IMG/VR virus record: IMGVR_UViG_3300025450_001231
Reading direction: 5' to 3' (one strand)
Source: a virus
Lineage: Duplodnaviria > Caudoviricetes
Length of the DNA stretch: 64,000 bases
Each line of letters starts with the position of its first letter. The stretch's first letter is position 1. Shown piece by piece: positions 1 through 7,540 of the stretch. A model generated the notes under the pieces. That model was not told where the DNA came from, did no database searches, and saw nothing but the letters and a program-made list of their open reading frames with translations. The translations under genes and the position numbers were made by a program.

Positions 1-87
1 ACCAGCGTTGATTGATGCGTTAAGCAGATTGAATCGTGGAGAAGATGACACAAACATTCGCACACACCACTTTAACCAGGATATAGA

Positions 88-306
88 ATGAAAAAGATAC
101 CAATGTTAGAACGGTTCGCCGCACAAAGTCTTGTTGAATACGACGGTGAGTTGATATTCAGCAAAGAAAAGTTCGCCGAGTTGATTGTGCGAGAATGTGC
201 CAATCATTGTGATTTATTGTTGGATCATAGGATTAGTTCAGAGTGGTCAAGAGGAACACACGATTGTTCCAGAGCGATTAAAGAACATTTTGGAGTTGAA
301 GAATGA
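88..306 (+). CDS. hypothetical phage protein
   Basis: 72-aa ORF with AGGA upstream, first of a head-to-tail + strand run; no recognisable motif. Confidence 0.6.
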   Translation: MKKIPMLERFAAQSLVEYDGELIFSKEKFAELIVRECANHCDLLLDHRISSEWSRGTHDCSRAIKEHFGVEE

Positions 307-479
307 TTCAAGGGTTCAAACACATAGGTGAAGATCACAAGTGTAATGTATGCAGTTGTGAATTTACTGAAGATGAAGGTGGTGTACTGGGGTATTTTGG
401 TATCTTGCCTGTTGCTTTCTGTCCATTTTGTTATTCTAGTATGGTAGATATGGTTACTCAAGATTTGGAATTAGAATGA
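303..479 (+). CDS. small zinc-ribbon protein (58 aa, not in ORF track)
   Basis: MIQGFKHIGEDHKCNVC...FCPFCYSS; CxxC...CxxC; ATGA overlaps with both neighbours. Confidence 0.7.
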   Translation: MIQGFKHIGEDHKCNVCSCEFTEDEGGVLGYFGILPVAFCPFCYSSMVDMVTQDLELE

Positions 480-724
480 AAATCTGCTTTTCTGATTGTC
501 CAAGTTGGTTTACTCACTGGATAGCCGATACGTATCAAGACGAATTTCATAGTCGGGCAGTAGAATTGAACATTGAACAAGACCGTATAGCCCTGATGGC
601 CTGTGCAGTGGAATTTTTTAATAAAAAAGACGGGCTAACTGCTTGGGTCGTCGACGAAAAATTGTGGTTTGAATTTGATGCAGATACCCCAGACTGGACC
701 TATAGGATCCTAAAAAATAGTTAA
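476..724 (+). CDS. hypothetical protein, loosely like the small F-x-L-K/R-W paralog family
   Basis: C-terminus FEFDADTPDWTYRILKNS resembles the ends of the 13.5-15.7 kb array. Confidence 0.6.
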   Translation: MKICFSDCPSWFTHWIADTYQDEFHSRAVELNIEQDRIALMACAVEFFNKKDGLTAWVVDEKLWFEFDADTPDWTYRILKNS

Positions 725-754
725 AAATGTTGCATTAAAACAACACTATTTTGG

Positions 755-784
755 TTGACGAATATACCCAAACTGTAGTATAAT
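755..784 (+). promoter_or_regulatory. sigma70-type promoter
   Basis: TTGACG-18-TATAAT upstream of GGAG SD and ATG 814. Confidence 0.65.
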
Positions 785-813
785 AACAGCTTAAACACTA
801 AAAGGAGTTCAAA

Positions 814-1287
814 ATGGGAACACGTTCAAGAATTGCAGTAATGCACGGCAACAATGCTAAATCTGTTTACTGCCACTGGGATGGCTATTTGGAGCACAAT
901 GGTGCTTTACTCAATGAGTATTACGATTCAGCCAAGGCAAATCATTTGGTTAGTTTAGGCGATGTCAGCAGTCTTAATAAGACTATCGGCGAAAAACATC
1001 CTTTTAGTTATATTGGTGTTATGTCTGCAAATGAGTATGATGCACAATACGGCGAGATGACTACTTTTTATGGTCGTGATAGAGAAGAAAAAAATGTAGA
1101 CTTTCAAACTTCTACTAGTTTTGAAGACTTTTTTGAATTGTGTGACAAATGTGGTGCAGAGTACTACTATGTTATGCAAAATGGTGTTTGGTATTTTGGT
1201 ACAACCTATGTGGGCAATCAGTATTATCAAACACTTACCCCTTTGGCAGAAACTTTAGCCTCACGTAAGGAGACCGAAAATGTTTAA
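814..1287 (+). CDS. conserved hypothetical phage protein
   Basis: 157 aa, AGGAG SD; starts MGTRSRI...VYCHWDGY, a motif I recall from large phages. Confidence 0.7.
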   Translation: MGTRSRIAVMHGNNAKSVYCHWDGYLEHNGALLNEYYDSAKANHLVSLGDVSSLNKTIGEKHPFSYIGVMSANEYDAQYGEMTTFYGRDREEKNVDFQTSTSFEDFFELCDKCGAEYYYVMQNGVWYFGTTYVGNQYYQTLTPLAETLASRKETENV

Positions 1288-1423
1288 TTTCTTTCTTGGA
1301 GTCGTTGTTACTCTTGCAGTATTGTATCCATCAGTTACCAAACATTTGACTGATTCGGCAATTGATACTGCACACACCACGGTGACCACTGTTATCAAAG
1401 ATACGCCAGAATCTATTAAATGA
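1280..1423 (+). CDS. small membrane-anchored protein (47 aa, not in ORF track)
   Basis: MFNFFLGVVVTLAVLYPS...; AGGAG SD at 1268. Confidence 0.6.
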   Translation: MFNFFLGVVVTLAVLYPSVTKHLTDSAIDTAHTTVTTVIKDTPESIK

Positions 1424-1450
1424 TTTTGGCAAACCAATTCAAAAATATAG

Positions 1451-1479
1451 TTGACAAAAAAACCAAAGTCTGCTATAAT
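1451..1479 (+). promoter_or_regulatory. consensus sigma70 promoter with extended -10
   Basis: TTGACA-17-TATAAT with TG at the extended -10 position. Confidence 0.85.
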
Positions 1480-1545
1480 TTGAATATGTTCAGTAATGAA
1501 GCTGACATTTTATTTTCAACAATCTTGTTTTACTAGGAGTTTTTT

Positions 1546-1887
1546 ATGAGTACATTTACAGTTGCTGGCGTTAGTACACTCAATGGTCAAGTTAAAGTTC
1601 GTTTTGCTAACGATATGACCCGCGTTAAGAATCTGCAGAAAAGCGGTCACCTTAACATCAACTTGTTGCCATTGCCCAACGCAATGAGCAAAGCTGAAAT
1701 CGTTGCTTTTTTGAAGACTACAGATTTGTATACTGTAGTTGAGAATCGTGAAGCTATCGATTCTGCTTACACCAAGTACAATGAAGTTAATGTGGTCAAG
1801 GTTACAAAAGCCAAAGCCGCTAAAGCCGCTCCTAGCATCGAAGCTATCAAAGCTCGTGCAGCAGCCACAGACGCAGTAGCAGAGTAA
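1546..1887 (+). CDS. conserved hypothetical protein with Ala/Lys-rich tail
   Basis: 113 aa, AGGAG SD, VKVRFAND motif. Confidence 0.7.
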   Translation: MSTFTVAGVSTLNGQVKVRFANDMTRVKNLQKSGHLNINLLPLPNAMSKAEIVAFLKTTDLYTVVENREAIDSAYTKYNEVNVVKVTKAKAAKAAPSIEAIKARAAATDAVAE

Positions 1888-1922
1888 TTGCTACAAAATG
1901 GATTGTGGTGCAAGTGTGCGCC

Positions 1923-2099
1923 ACATACCATTGATAAGTGTTTGAGATGAAAAATTGGGTAGGTTAGTGGACGCACTATCTAGCGGGGCTCAACTGGCGT
2001 GGTCGGAGTCCCTGATATAACCAAGCTATACGCTGTTGCACGAGAATACGCAAGTACCGGACGCATAAATTGGCACTCAAATACTTTTCAATGGTATGT
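1923..2099 (+). ncRNA. candidate structured non-coding RNA (~177 nt), family unknown
   Basis: 24-bp terminal stem 1923-1946/2076-2099 (one U-U, one G-U); internal hairpins 1960-1982 and 1985-2012; no good ORF. Confidence 0.6.
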
Positions 2100-2151
2100 C
2101 AACTAATTTGATCAGTAAGGCGTTATATATACATACACTCTCGGAGGGTCT

Positions 2152-2283
2152 ATGTTATACAATGATACTGTTATGCAGGTTAGAGAACTTTTAGAGAGAC
2201 ATTTGGATTTAATCGAAATTGCTCATCGATTACATCTAGACATCAATTATGTAGCAGATATAATAGCATTTTTAAGTACCTAA
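2152..2283 (+). CDS. small hypothetical protein (43 aa, possible helix-turn-helix)
   Basis: GGAGG SD at 2143; MLYNDTVMQVRELLERHLDLIEIAHRLHLDINYVADII. Confidence 0.55.
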   Translation: MLYNDTVMQVRELLERHLDLIEIAHRLHLDINYVADIIAFLST

Positions 2284-2294
2284 AAATCCTACAG

Positions 2295-2302
2295 TATAAA
2301 TA
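2295..2302 (+). promoter_or_regulatory. T4-like late promoter
   Basis: TATAAATA, flanked by ACAGT/ACTGT inverted repeat. Confidence 0.7.
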
Positions 2303-2307
2303 ACTGT

Positions 2308-2397
2308 ATGTTTAATGATGATGTTTATCTAGGCTGCTTGATGGTAGCTATCGTATTCTTGTGCTGGCTTTGGGACTGGTACAACAATTATCGTTAA
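2308..2397 (+). CDS. 29-aa single-pass membrane peptide (not in ORF track)
   Basis: MFNDDVYLGCLMVAIVFLCWLWDWYNNYR; ATG 5 nt after late box. Confidence 0.45.
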   Translation: MFNDDVYLGCLMVAIVFLCWLWDWYNNYR

Positions 2398-2433
2398 ATT
2401 CCCACACTATTAAAAAATTGTAATAGTGCATAG

Positions 2434-2441
2434 TATAAATA
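2434..2441 (+). promoter_or_regulatory. T4-like late promoter of the transporter/holin/racemase operon
   Basis: TATAAATA 7 nt upstream of ATG 2449. Confidence 0.75.
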
Positions 2442-2448
2442 CTGTACT

Positions 2449-3282
2449 ATGAAAAAACTTCTACTAACCTTATTTCTACTGTTTTCGACTTTTGTCCTAG
2501 CACAAACACCGACCTCAACAGTTCCGCTACCCCCAGATATAGCTGCAATTAAAAAGCATAACGTGCTGATTGTTGCTATGACTAAAAAAGATAATCCTCC
2601 GTTTTTCAGCGGTGAAGGCGATGATATACACGGACTTGATGTTGATATCGCTCACAGTATTGCTACGGTATTGGGCGTACCGGTTCAGTTTAGACGAGAT
2701 GCCGACAGCTTTGCAGACGTAGTCGAACAGGTTAGAGATGGTCGTGCCGACGTTGCAGTCAGTAAACTGTCAGTTACCAATCCTAGATTACTCACAGTAC
2801 GATTCAGTGTACCTTATATCAAGCTCAAGCAAGCAATGATTGTGAATCGTCTTTGGTTGAGTCAAAACAGTAAAGGTCGAGAAGTGTATCAAGTGATCAG
2901 AGAGTTTGACGGTAAAATCAGTTTTATCCGCAACAGCAGTTACGATACTTTTGCTAGAATCAATTTTCCCCACGCACAGTATATTCCACAAGACCAGTGG
3001 AGCGACATTGTTGCAGATGTTATGAGTGGTAAAATTGCAGCTGCATACAGAGATGAATTTGAATTGAAGAAAATTAGTTTTGAAAAACCTGATGCTGCAT
3101 TGAGTACTAAAACCATTACCATCAGTGACAGTGTAGACAATATTGCCGTGGCAGTTAACTATCAAAGCGTTCAATTGCTAAGTGTGATTGATTATGTAAT
3201 TCGTAATCAATATGGTAATTTGGATAGTGGTAAACTAATGACACGTTATAAAGCTGAAGCATCAACCAAGGACGCAAAATGA
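2449..3282 (+). CDS. periplasmic amino-acid substrate-binding protein (family 3, PBPb)
   Basis: signal peptide MKKLLLTLFLLFSTFVLA; PPFF...GLDVDIA, GRADVAVSKLSVT..R..VRFS.PY motifs. Confidence 0.85.
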   Translation: MKKLLLTLFLLFSTFVLAQTPTSTVPLPPDIAAIKKHNVLIVAMTKKDNPPFFSGEGDDIHGLDVDIAHSIATVLGVPVQFRRDADSFADVVEQVRDGRADVAVSKLSVTNPRLLTVRFSVPYIKLKQAMIVNRLWLSQNSKGREVYQVIREFDGKISFIRNSSYDTFARINFPHAQYIPQDQWSDIVADVMSGKIAAAYRDEFELKKISFEKPDAALSTKTITISDSVDNIAVAVNYQSVQLLSVIDYVIRNQYGNLDSGKLMTRYKAEASTKDAK

Positions 3283-4556
3283 TTTCTCGATTAAAAACTT
3301 TTCTAACAAGCCCGTTGACTATATTGGGCTCTATTGTTGCTGGTGTACTCACTGGCATTTATACACCCAATACCATTGCAGAATTCGAAAGTGTGGGCGG
3401 CATTTATATTATGTTGCTAAAGGTAGTTGTATTGCCTTTCTTGTTTGCTACTATTTTAGTTGGAGTAATTAACCTTCTGCAAAAAGAAGGTAGCCAAGCA
3501 ATGATTAAAAAAATCATTATTGGTTTTATAGCCAGTATGTTTTTTGCGGCCGCAATTGGAGTTATCACTGTTGTTGCCACTGGCACCGATATGACTCCAG
3601 AAAAGAAAACACAATTGGGTGCATTAGTCAACAACAAAAGCGATGGCGGCGATCTTAATATTACATTACACGAGCCAATGCCCGTCACTCCTGCAGCAGA
3701 TCCTATGCTACTTGCACAAAAGTTTATTCCTGAAAATATCTTTGCTACCTTGGATAAAGGCGAAAGTCTCAAGATTGTTATTTTCTGTATGATATTTGGT
3801 ATTGCATTGGGTAACCTAAAAAGCGAAGGCCAAAAAATGTTGGTCAATGTACTGCAAAGTATTCAGCAAGCGAGTATCAGTATCTTTAAGTTTTTGAATT
3901 ACTTTTTGCCCTTTGCCTTATTGGCCATGATTGGTGCACAGGTTGCCAAAGTAGGTGTTGGTATTTTTGGTACTATGGTAGAGTTTATTGTTCAACAAAC
4001 AATAGGTGGACTATTAATTATCATAGCCAGTACTGTTGTAATTTGGATGCGTGCCGGTGGTAGTATTATAACAACTATCAGAGAAACTAAAGAAACGCTA
4101 ATCGTTGCTATCAGCTCACGTAGTAGTTTGGCCTGTATTCCTTATGCACAAGAAGCATTGCACAAGTTGGGATTTGAGCGTAGCGGTGTTGAGCTGACTG
4201 TACCATTGAGTTTTACTGTTAATCGTATTGGCAGTATTGTTTACTATGCTATTGCCACAGTATTCATTTCTGGTATTTACGATATGCCAATGACTGCCAC
4301 TTCATTGATTGTTGTGTTGTTTGGTAGTATTTTAGCTGGATTGGCCAGTGCAGGTACTACTGGTATACTTACTGTTGCCACCGTAGCAGTTGTTTGCGAT
4401 TTGTTAAAGTTACCTTCTGAAGCAGTATTGGTACTATTGATTGCAGTTGATCCATTGATGGATATGATTAGAACTGCTAGCCACGTACACGGTAATGTTG
4501 CGGTAACAGCATTTGTTTGCGATAAAGAAAATGAACCTCAAAGATCTACTACTTGA
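3279..4556 (+). CDS. dicarboxylate/amino acid:cation symporter (DAACS, GltP/DctA family)
   Basis: 425-aa polytopic protein; LLKVVVLP, PENIF, SSRSS, DMIRT motifs; substrate Arg retained. Confidence 0.9.
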   Translation: MISRLKTFLTSPLTILGSIVAGVLTGIYTPNTIAEFESVGGIYIMLLKVVVLPFLFATILVGVINLLQKEGSQAMIKKIIIGFIASMFFAAAIGVITVVATGTDMTPEKKTQLGALVNNKSDGGDLNITLHEPMPVTPAADPMLLAQKFIPENIFATLDKGESLKIVIFCMIFGIALGNLKSEGQKMLVNVLQSIQQASISIFKFLNYFLPFALLAMIGAQVAKVGVGIFGTMVEFIVQQTIGGLLIIIASTVVIWMRAGGSIITTIRETKETLIVAISSRSSLACIPYAQEALHKLGFERSGVELTVPLSFTVNRIGSIVYYAIATVFISGIYDMPMTATSLIVVLFGSILAGLASAGTTGILTVATVAVVCDLLKLPSEAVLVLLIAVDPLMDMIRTASHVHGNVAVTAFVCDKENEPQRSTT

Positions 4557-5139
4557 CATATTAAACTGGATAGGGCAAAGTCCGTTTAGGCTTTTTGCTG
4601 TTATTCTACTATTGATTTTAGGTATGGGCGGCTGGATCGTCTATACCGAAAAAGACAATTTCATGGCCAGCTATCGTGCTCAGCAGGCTTTACCGCATAT
4701 GAATGGCAAATATGAAGAAGCAACTACATTTATATTGAAAAATAGTAGTGCAGAGCTTATAGCAGTATTTGAAGTCAACACCTTACTGAATACTAGAAAA
4801 CTTGTTTACTTTGTTACTCGCAGTGGCGGAGTTGATAAGAGTTATAACGGATCCGATGTTGGCCTACTGACCAAAAATTACGATAATAACAATGATGTTA
4901 TCGGTCTAATGTCAGGTAAGATTCCTTGCAGTCCTTATTTGAAGCCACAGAGCTTTTTGGGATTTGTATATCGCGAAGCCGGAGTTGAATATATGTGTAG
5001 AATCAGCGTCCCTGCAGAGCCCGGAGTATTCATTGGACAGTTAAGTGTAGGATGGAAAACACCGCCTGCCGATCTCGAATCTGCACAAACAATATTAACA
5101 GTTGCTAGCTCATTGTTGTATGCTGGCAAAAAGCCGTGA
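4531..5139 (+). CDS. T4 holin T-like single-pass membrane protein with periplasmic GAF-like domain (start moved from 4513 to ATG 4531)
   Basis: amphipathic N-terminus, one TM (RLFAVILLLILGMGGWIVY), C-domain motifs SSAELIAVF, EYM...G.....W, LES resembling T4 gpT as recalled. Confidence 0.55.
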   Translation: MNLKDLLLDILNWIGQSPFRLFAVILLLILGMGGWIVYTEKDNFMASYRAQQALPHMNGKYEEATTFILKNSSAELIAVFEVNTLLNTRKLVYFVTRSGGVDKSYNGSDVGLLTKNYDNNNDVIGLMSGKIPCSPYLKPQSFLGFVYREAGVEYMCRISVPAEPGVFIGQLSVGWKTPPADLESAQTILTVASSLLYAGKKP

Positions 5140-5825
5140 AAAAATTAGGCGTACTGGGTGGGATGGGCCCAGCTGCAGGTGCAGAATTTTTAGTAAGACT
5201 TATAAATCAAACTCCCGCTAAAAAAGATCAAGAGCATATTCCCGCAGTACTTTGGAGTGATCCCACAGTATCTGATCGTAGTACCAGTTTGTTAAATGGC
5301 GATGATTTACCATGGCCCAAACTTCGAGAAGGTATATTGGGATTAAGAACCGCAGGATGCGATCACATTGTTATACCTTGTAATACCGCACATTTTTGGT
5401 ATGATCGTTTACAAGAGTTAGGAGTGCCTATTACGCATATTGTAGATAGCGTAGCGGATCAATTGAGAGCCAGTGGAGTAGTAAACACCACCATTGGTAT
5501 TATGGGAACCAAAGCTACTATCAGTCAGGGACTGTATCAAAATCGTTTGTCGGCACAAGGTTGGAATTGTATAACCCCTACCAGCAGTGAAATGAACGAA
5601 CTGGTACAACCTGCTATTGATTTGATCAAATCTGGAAAAATGTTATTGGCAGAAGGTATGCTGAACCAAGTTATGGGCACACTAAACGATCAAGGTGCCA
5701 ATGCCATTGTATTGGGTTGTACCGAGTTACCATTGGCTATTCGCAGAACCAGTTTCAAAAATCGTCCTATAGTTAACAGTATTGATAGTTTAGTCAAAGC
5801 TGTACTAAATATTCAATGCGTATAA
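5136..5825 (+). CDS. aspartate/glutamate racemase
   Basis: LGVLGGMGP, CNTAH and GCTEL two-cysteine catalytic motifs; GTGA overlap with upstream gene. Confidence 0.92.
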   Translation: MKKLGVLGGMGPAAGAEFLVRLINQTPAKKDQEHIPAVLWSDPTVSDRSTSLLNGDDLPWPKLREGILGLRTAGCDHIVIPCNTAHFWYDRLQELGVPITHIVDSVADQLRASGVVNTTIGIMGTKATISQGLYQNRLSAQGWNCITPTSSEMNELVQPAIDLIKSGKMLLAEGMLNQVMGTLNDQGANAIVLGCTELPLAIRRTSFKNRPIVNSIDSLVKAVLNIQCV

Positions 5826-6751
5826 ATGAAATAATATTAGAAAACTTTACCAACGGTAAAGGATTTGGGGACAAGCATAAAGGCCCGGATGTGAATCTAC
5901 GGGAACAAGGTGTGGCGGAAAACTATCACAGTGATTTGATGAAACAAACTTATGCAAAATTCTTCAAACCTGCTCCTCCTAAAACAGTATCAGCAGTAAA
6001 GAAGTTTTTATCTGGTGTAATAATATCATTAGGAACTGCTCAAGATAATGACTATGACGAAGAAGAACCAGAAGAAATAAGTTGGGAACAAGATCTTGCT
6101 GATGTGAGAGAAGCATATAGTAAACTACGCGGTAATAGTTCTCCAAATTGGTTTGATATTGCAGATGCTGTCTTAAGTTACGATACAGAATTTAGAGAAA
6201 GTATGCTGGAGTGGGCAGAAGAAGAGTTAGGTAACGAATTAGTTGATTTTTTATGGCATGAAGTATGGGAAGCCAAACATAAAATCTCAAGATCAGATGG
6301 ATCATATAATGTGACTTTAGGTCATCAAAATGTACCAGGACAAAAAAATGATAGAGATTCTTTCAAAGAATGGGATCCAGAAAAAGATCCTCCCAATCCA
6401 TTTGCAAACCTCAGATGGCTAGTAATGATCAACGGTGAGCAAAAGATAAAGTTTGGCGGAGTAGGTAATAGCCAAGAAGCGGCTATGAAGACTGCGACAA
6501 ACTGGGCCAACAATCATGGCTACGAGCGTGAAGTACAAGCAGGTAAAGTTAAAGTTGTGCGAGACCAACAAGGTGTGGCAGAAAACTTTGCCGATGGTAA
6601 AGGTCCCGGTAAGCCTGGAGATAGTCAACGCCATGGAATACCCAAGCACGCCACCATGGCCGAATTAGAAAAAGCCAGTCACAGTAAAGGCCGCAAAGGT
6701 CAATTGGCACGTTGGCAAATCAATATGCGTCGTGGCCATAAAAAATCATAA
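5816..6751 (+). CDS. modular late protein (probable internal virion protein) with QGVAE junctions
   Basis: TAAATA 5806-5811 upstream; N-terminus MRINEIILE; two QGVAEN junctions; basic C-terminal module. Confidence 0.65.
   Translation: MRINEIILENFTNGKGFGDKHKGPDVNLREQGVAENYHSDLMKQTYAKFFKPAPPKTVSAVKKFLSGVIISLGTAQDNDYDEEEPEEISWEQDLADVREAYSKLRGNSSPNWFDIADAVLSYDTEFRESMLEWAEEELGNELVDFLWHEVWEAKHKISRSDGSYNVTLGHQNVPGQKNDRDSFKEWDPEKDPPNPFANLRWLVMINGEQKIKFGGVGNSQEAAMKTATNWANNHGYEREVQAGKVKVVRDQQGVAENFADGKGPGKPGDSQRHGIPKHATMAELEKASHSKGRKGQLARWQINMRRGHKKS
5904..6587 (+). repeat. 21-bp direct repeat AACAAGGTGTGGC(G/A)GAAAACT flanking a 663-bp in-frame module
   Basis: copies at 5904-5924 and 6567-6587, one mismatch. 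Confidence 0.9.
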
Positions 6752-6786
6752 ACTATTATCGAAAAGATGTTTAGAATCTGAGGGTG

Positions 6787-7057
6787 TTACAATCGTCCCT
6801 TAACCAGCCCTAACTGTTGAATTTTGGGATCACCGATCTTAAGCAAAAAACTTTTAGATCCGTTGTTATACCAGTGGGTCTTTTTCTTTGATTCAAAATA
6901 ATCCACAGAACTAACCCATCCGTTGGGAATAATGTCATTAAGTTTGAATCGTTTCTTTTCTTTTGTTGTTAGATTGTAGTAAAATTTTGTCCCATAAGAA
7001 CCATTATTGCTACCAATTGTTGACAAGATTAATAGTTTTATATATAATATAGAACAT
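6787..7057 (-). pseudogene. GIY-YIG-type homing endonuclease remnant with internal deletion and frameshift
   Basis: ATG 7057 gives MFYIIYKTINLVNNW-stop (GIY-YIG-like start); another frame gives GSNNGSYGTK and HWYNNG...GLVKGRL DNA-binding-type motifs; catalytic core absent. Confidence 0.65.
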
Positions 7058-7070
7058 GATGAGTAACCCT

Positions 7071-7078
7071 TATAAATA
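7071..7078 (+). promoter_or_regulatory. T4-like late promoter upstream of tmRNA
   Basis: TATAAATA. Confidence 0.65.
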
Positions 7079-7149
7079 CAGTTGAGGACAGTCCCGAGTA
7101 ACCCCGGGGTTGGTGTTAGTTACCGCTAATACCTTACTCAATTATTTAT

Positions 7150-7540
7150 CATCGTATGAAGGAATAAGAACAATTGGCTGGACGCGGGGGGCAGTGCCCC
7201 GCCCGGTCCACCATAAACATATTAGAATCTGTAAAAAGATCGGGTTTGGTATCCCAGTCCTCTACCTGTAAGACTTAATACACCTTAGTATGTTTTTGAT
7301 GGGCCGGTCTTAGATTCGACAGTTGGTGCAGTATTTGACCAGACGATGCGGTAGGCGATGACCGTAAATCAAGCAAAACTAGTAAATGCAAAAACATCTA
7401 CAAAATTGGGTACTTTCAAAGTAACTGCAGGTAAAGGATTCCGCTTCAGCGGTTCTAAAGCTGCATCTACAAAGGAAGTAGCGTTCGTTTAATCGAACCC
7501 CACGGGGTAGGACTTACCTTGTAAAATAAACAACCAGGAC
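7150..7540 (+). ncRNA. ssrA: circularly permuted (two-piece) tmRNA
   Basis: 3' half (GAC, T-arm, CCGGUCC-A-CCA ending 7213) precedes 5' half (GGGCCGG...AUUCGAC from 7301); acceptor stem with G3.U70; P2 helices 7321-26/7174-79, 7332-36/7162-66, 7343-48/7150-55; paired intervening segment; 5' end of acceptor piece uncertain (may start near 7080). Confidence 0.92.
7388..7492 (+). other. tmRNA tag reading frame AKTSTKLGTFKVTAGKGFRFSGSKAASTKEVAFV
   Basis: GUAAAU context followed by GCA resume codon after a pk1-like hairpin; open 34 codons to TAA 7490-7492. Confidence 0.7.

Noticed and set aside
225-461. Minus-strand 78-aa ORF
   Set aside because: Overlaps a better + strand zinc-ribbon ORF (303..479) that is coupled to both neighbours
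1923-2099. Retron msr/msd or hammerhead ribozyme interpretation
   Set aside because: No reverse transcriptase in the window and no long msd hairpin; CUGAUAU does not match CUGAUGA and the GAAA core is missing
7181-7320. Stand-alone tRNA-Ala call
   Set aside because: No anticodon arm, halves in permuted order, and a tag frame follows, so it is a tmRNA
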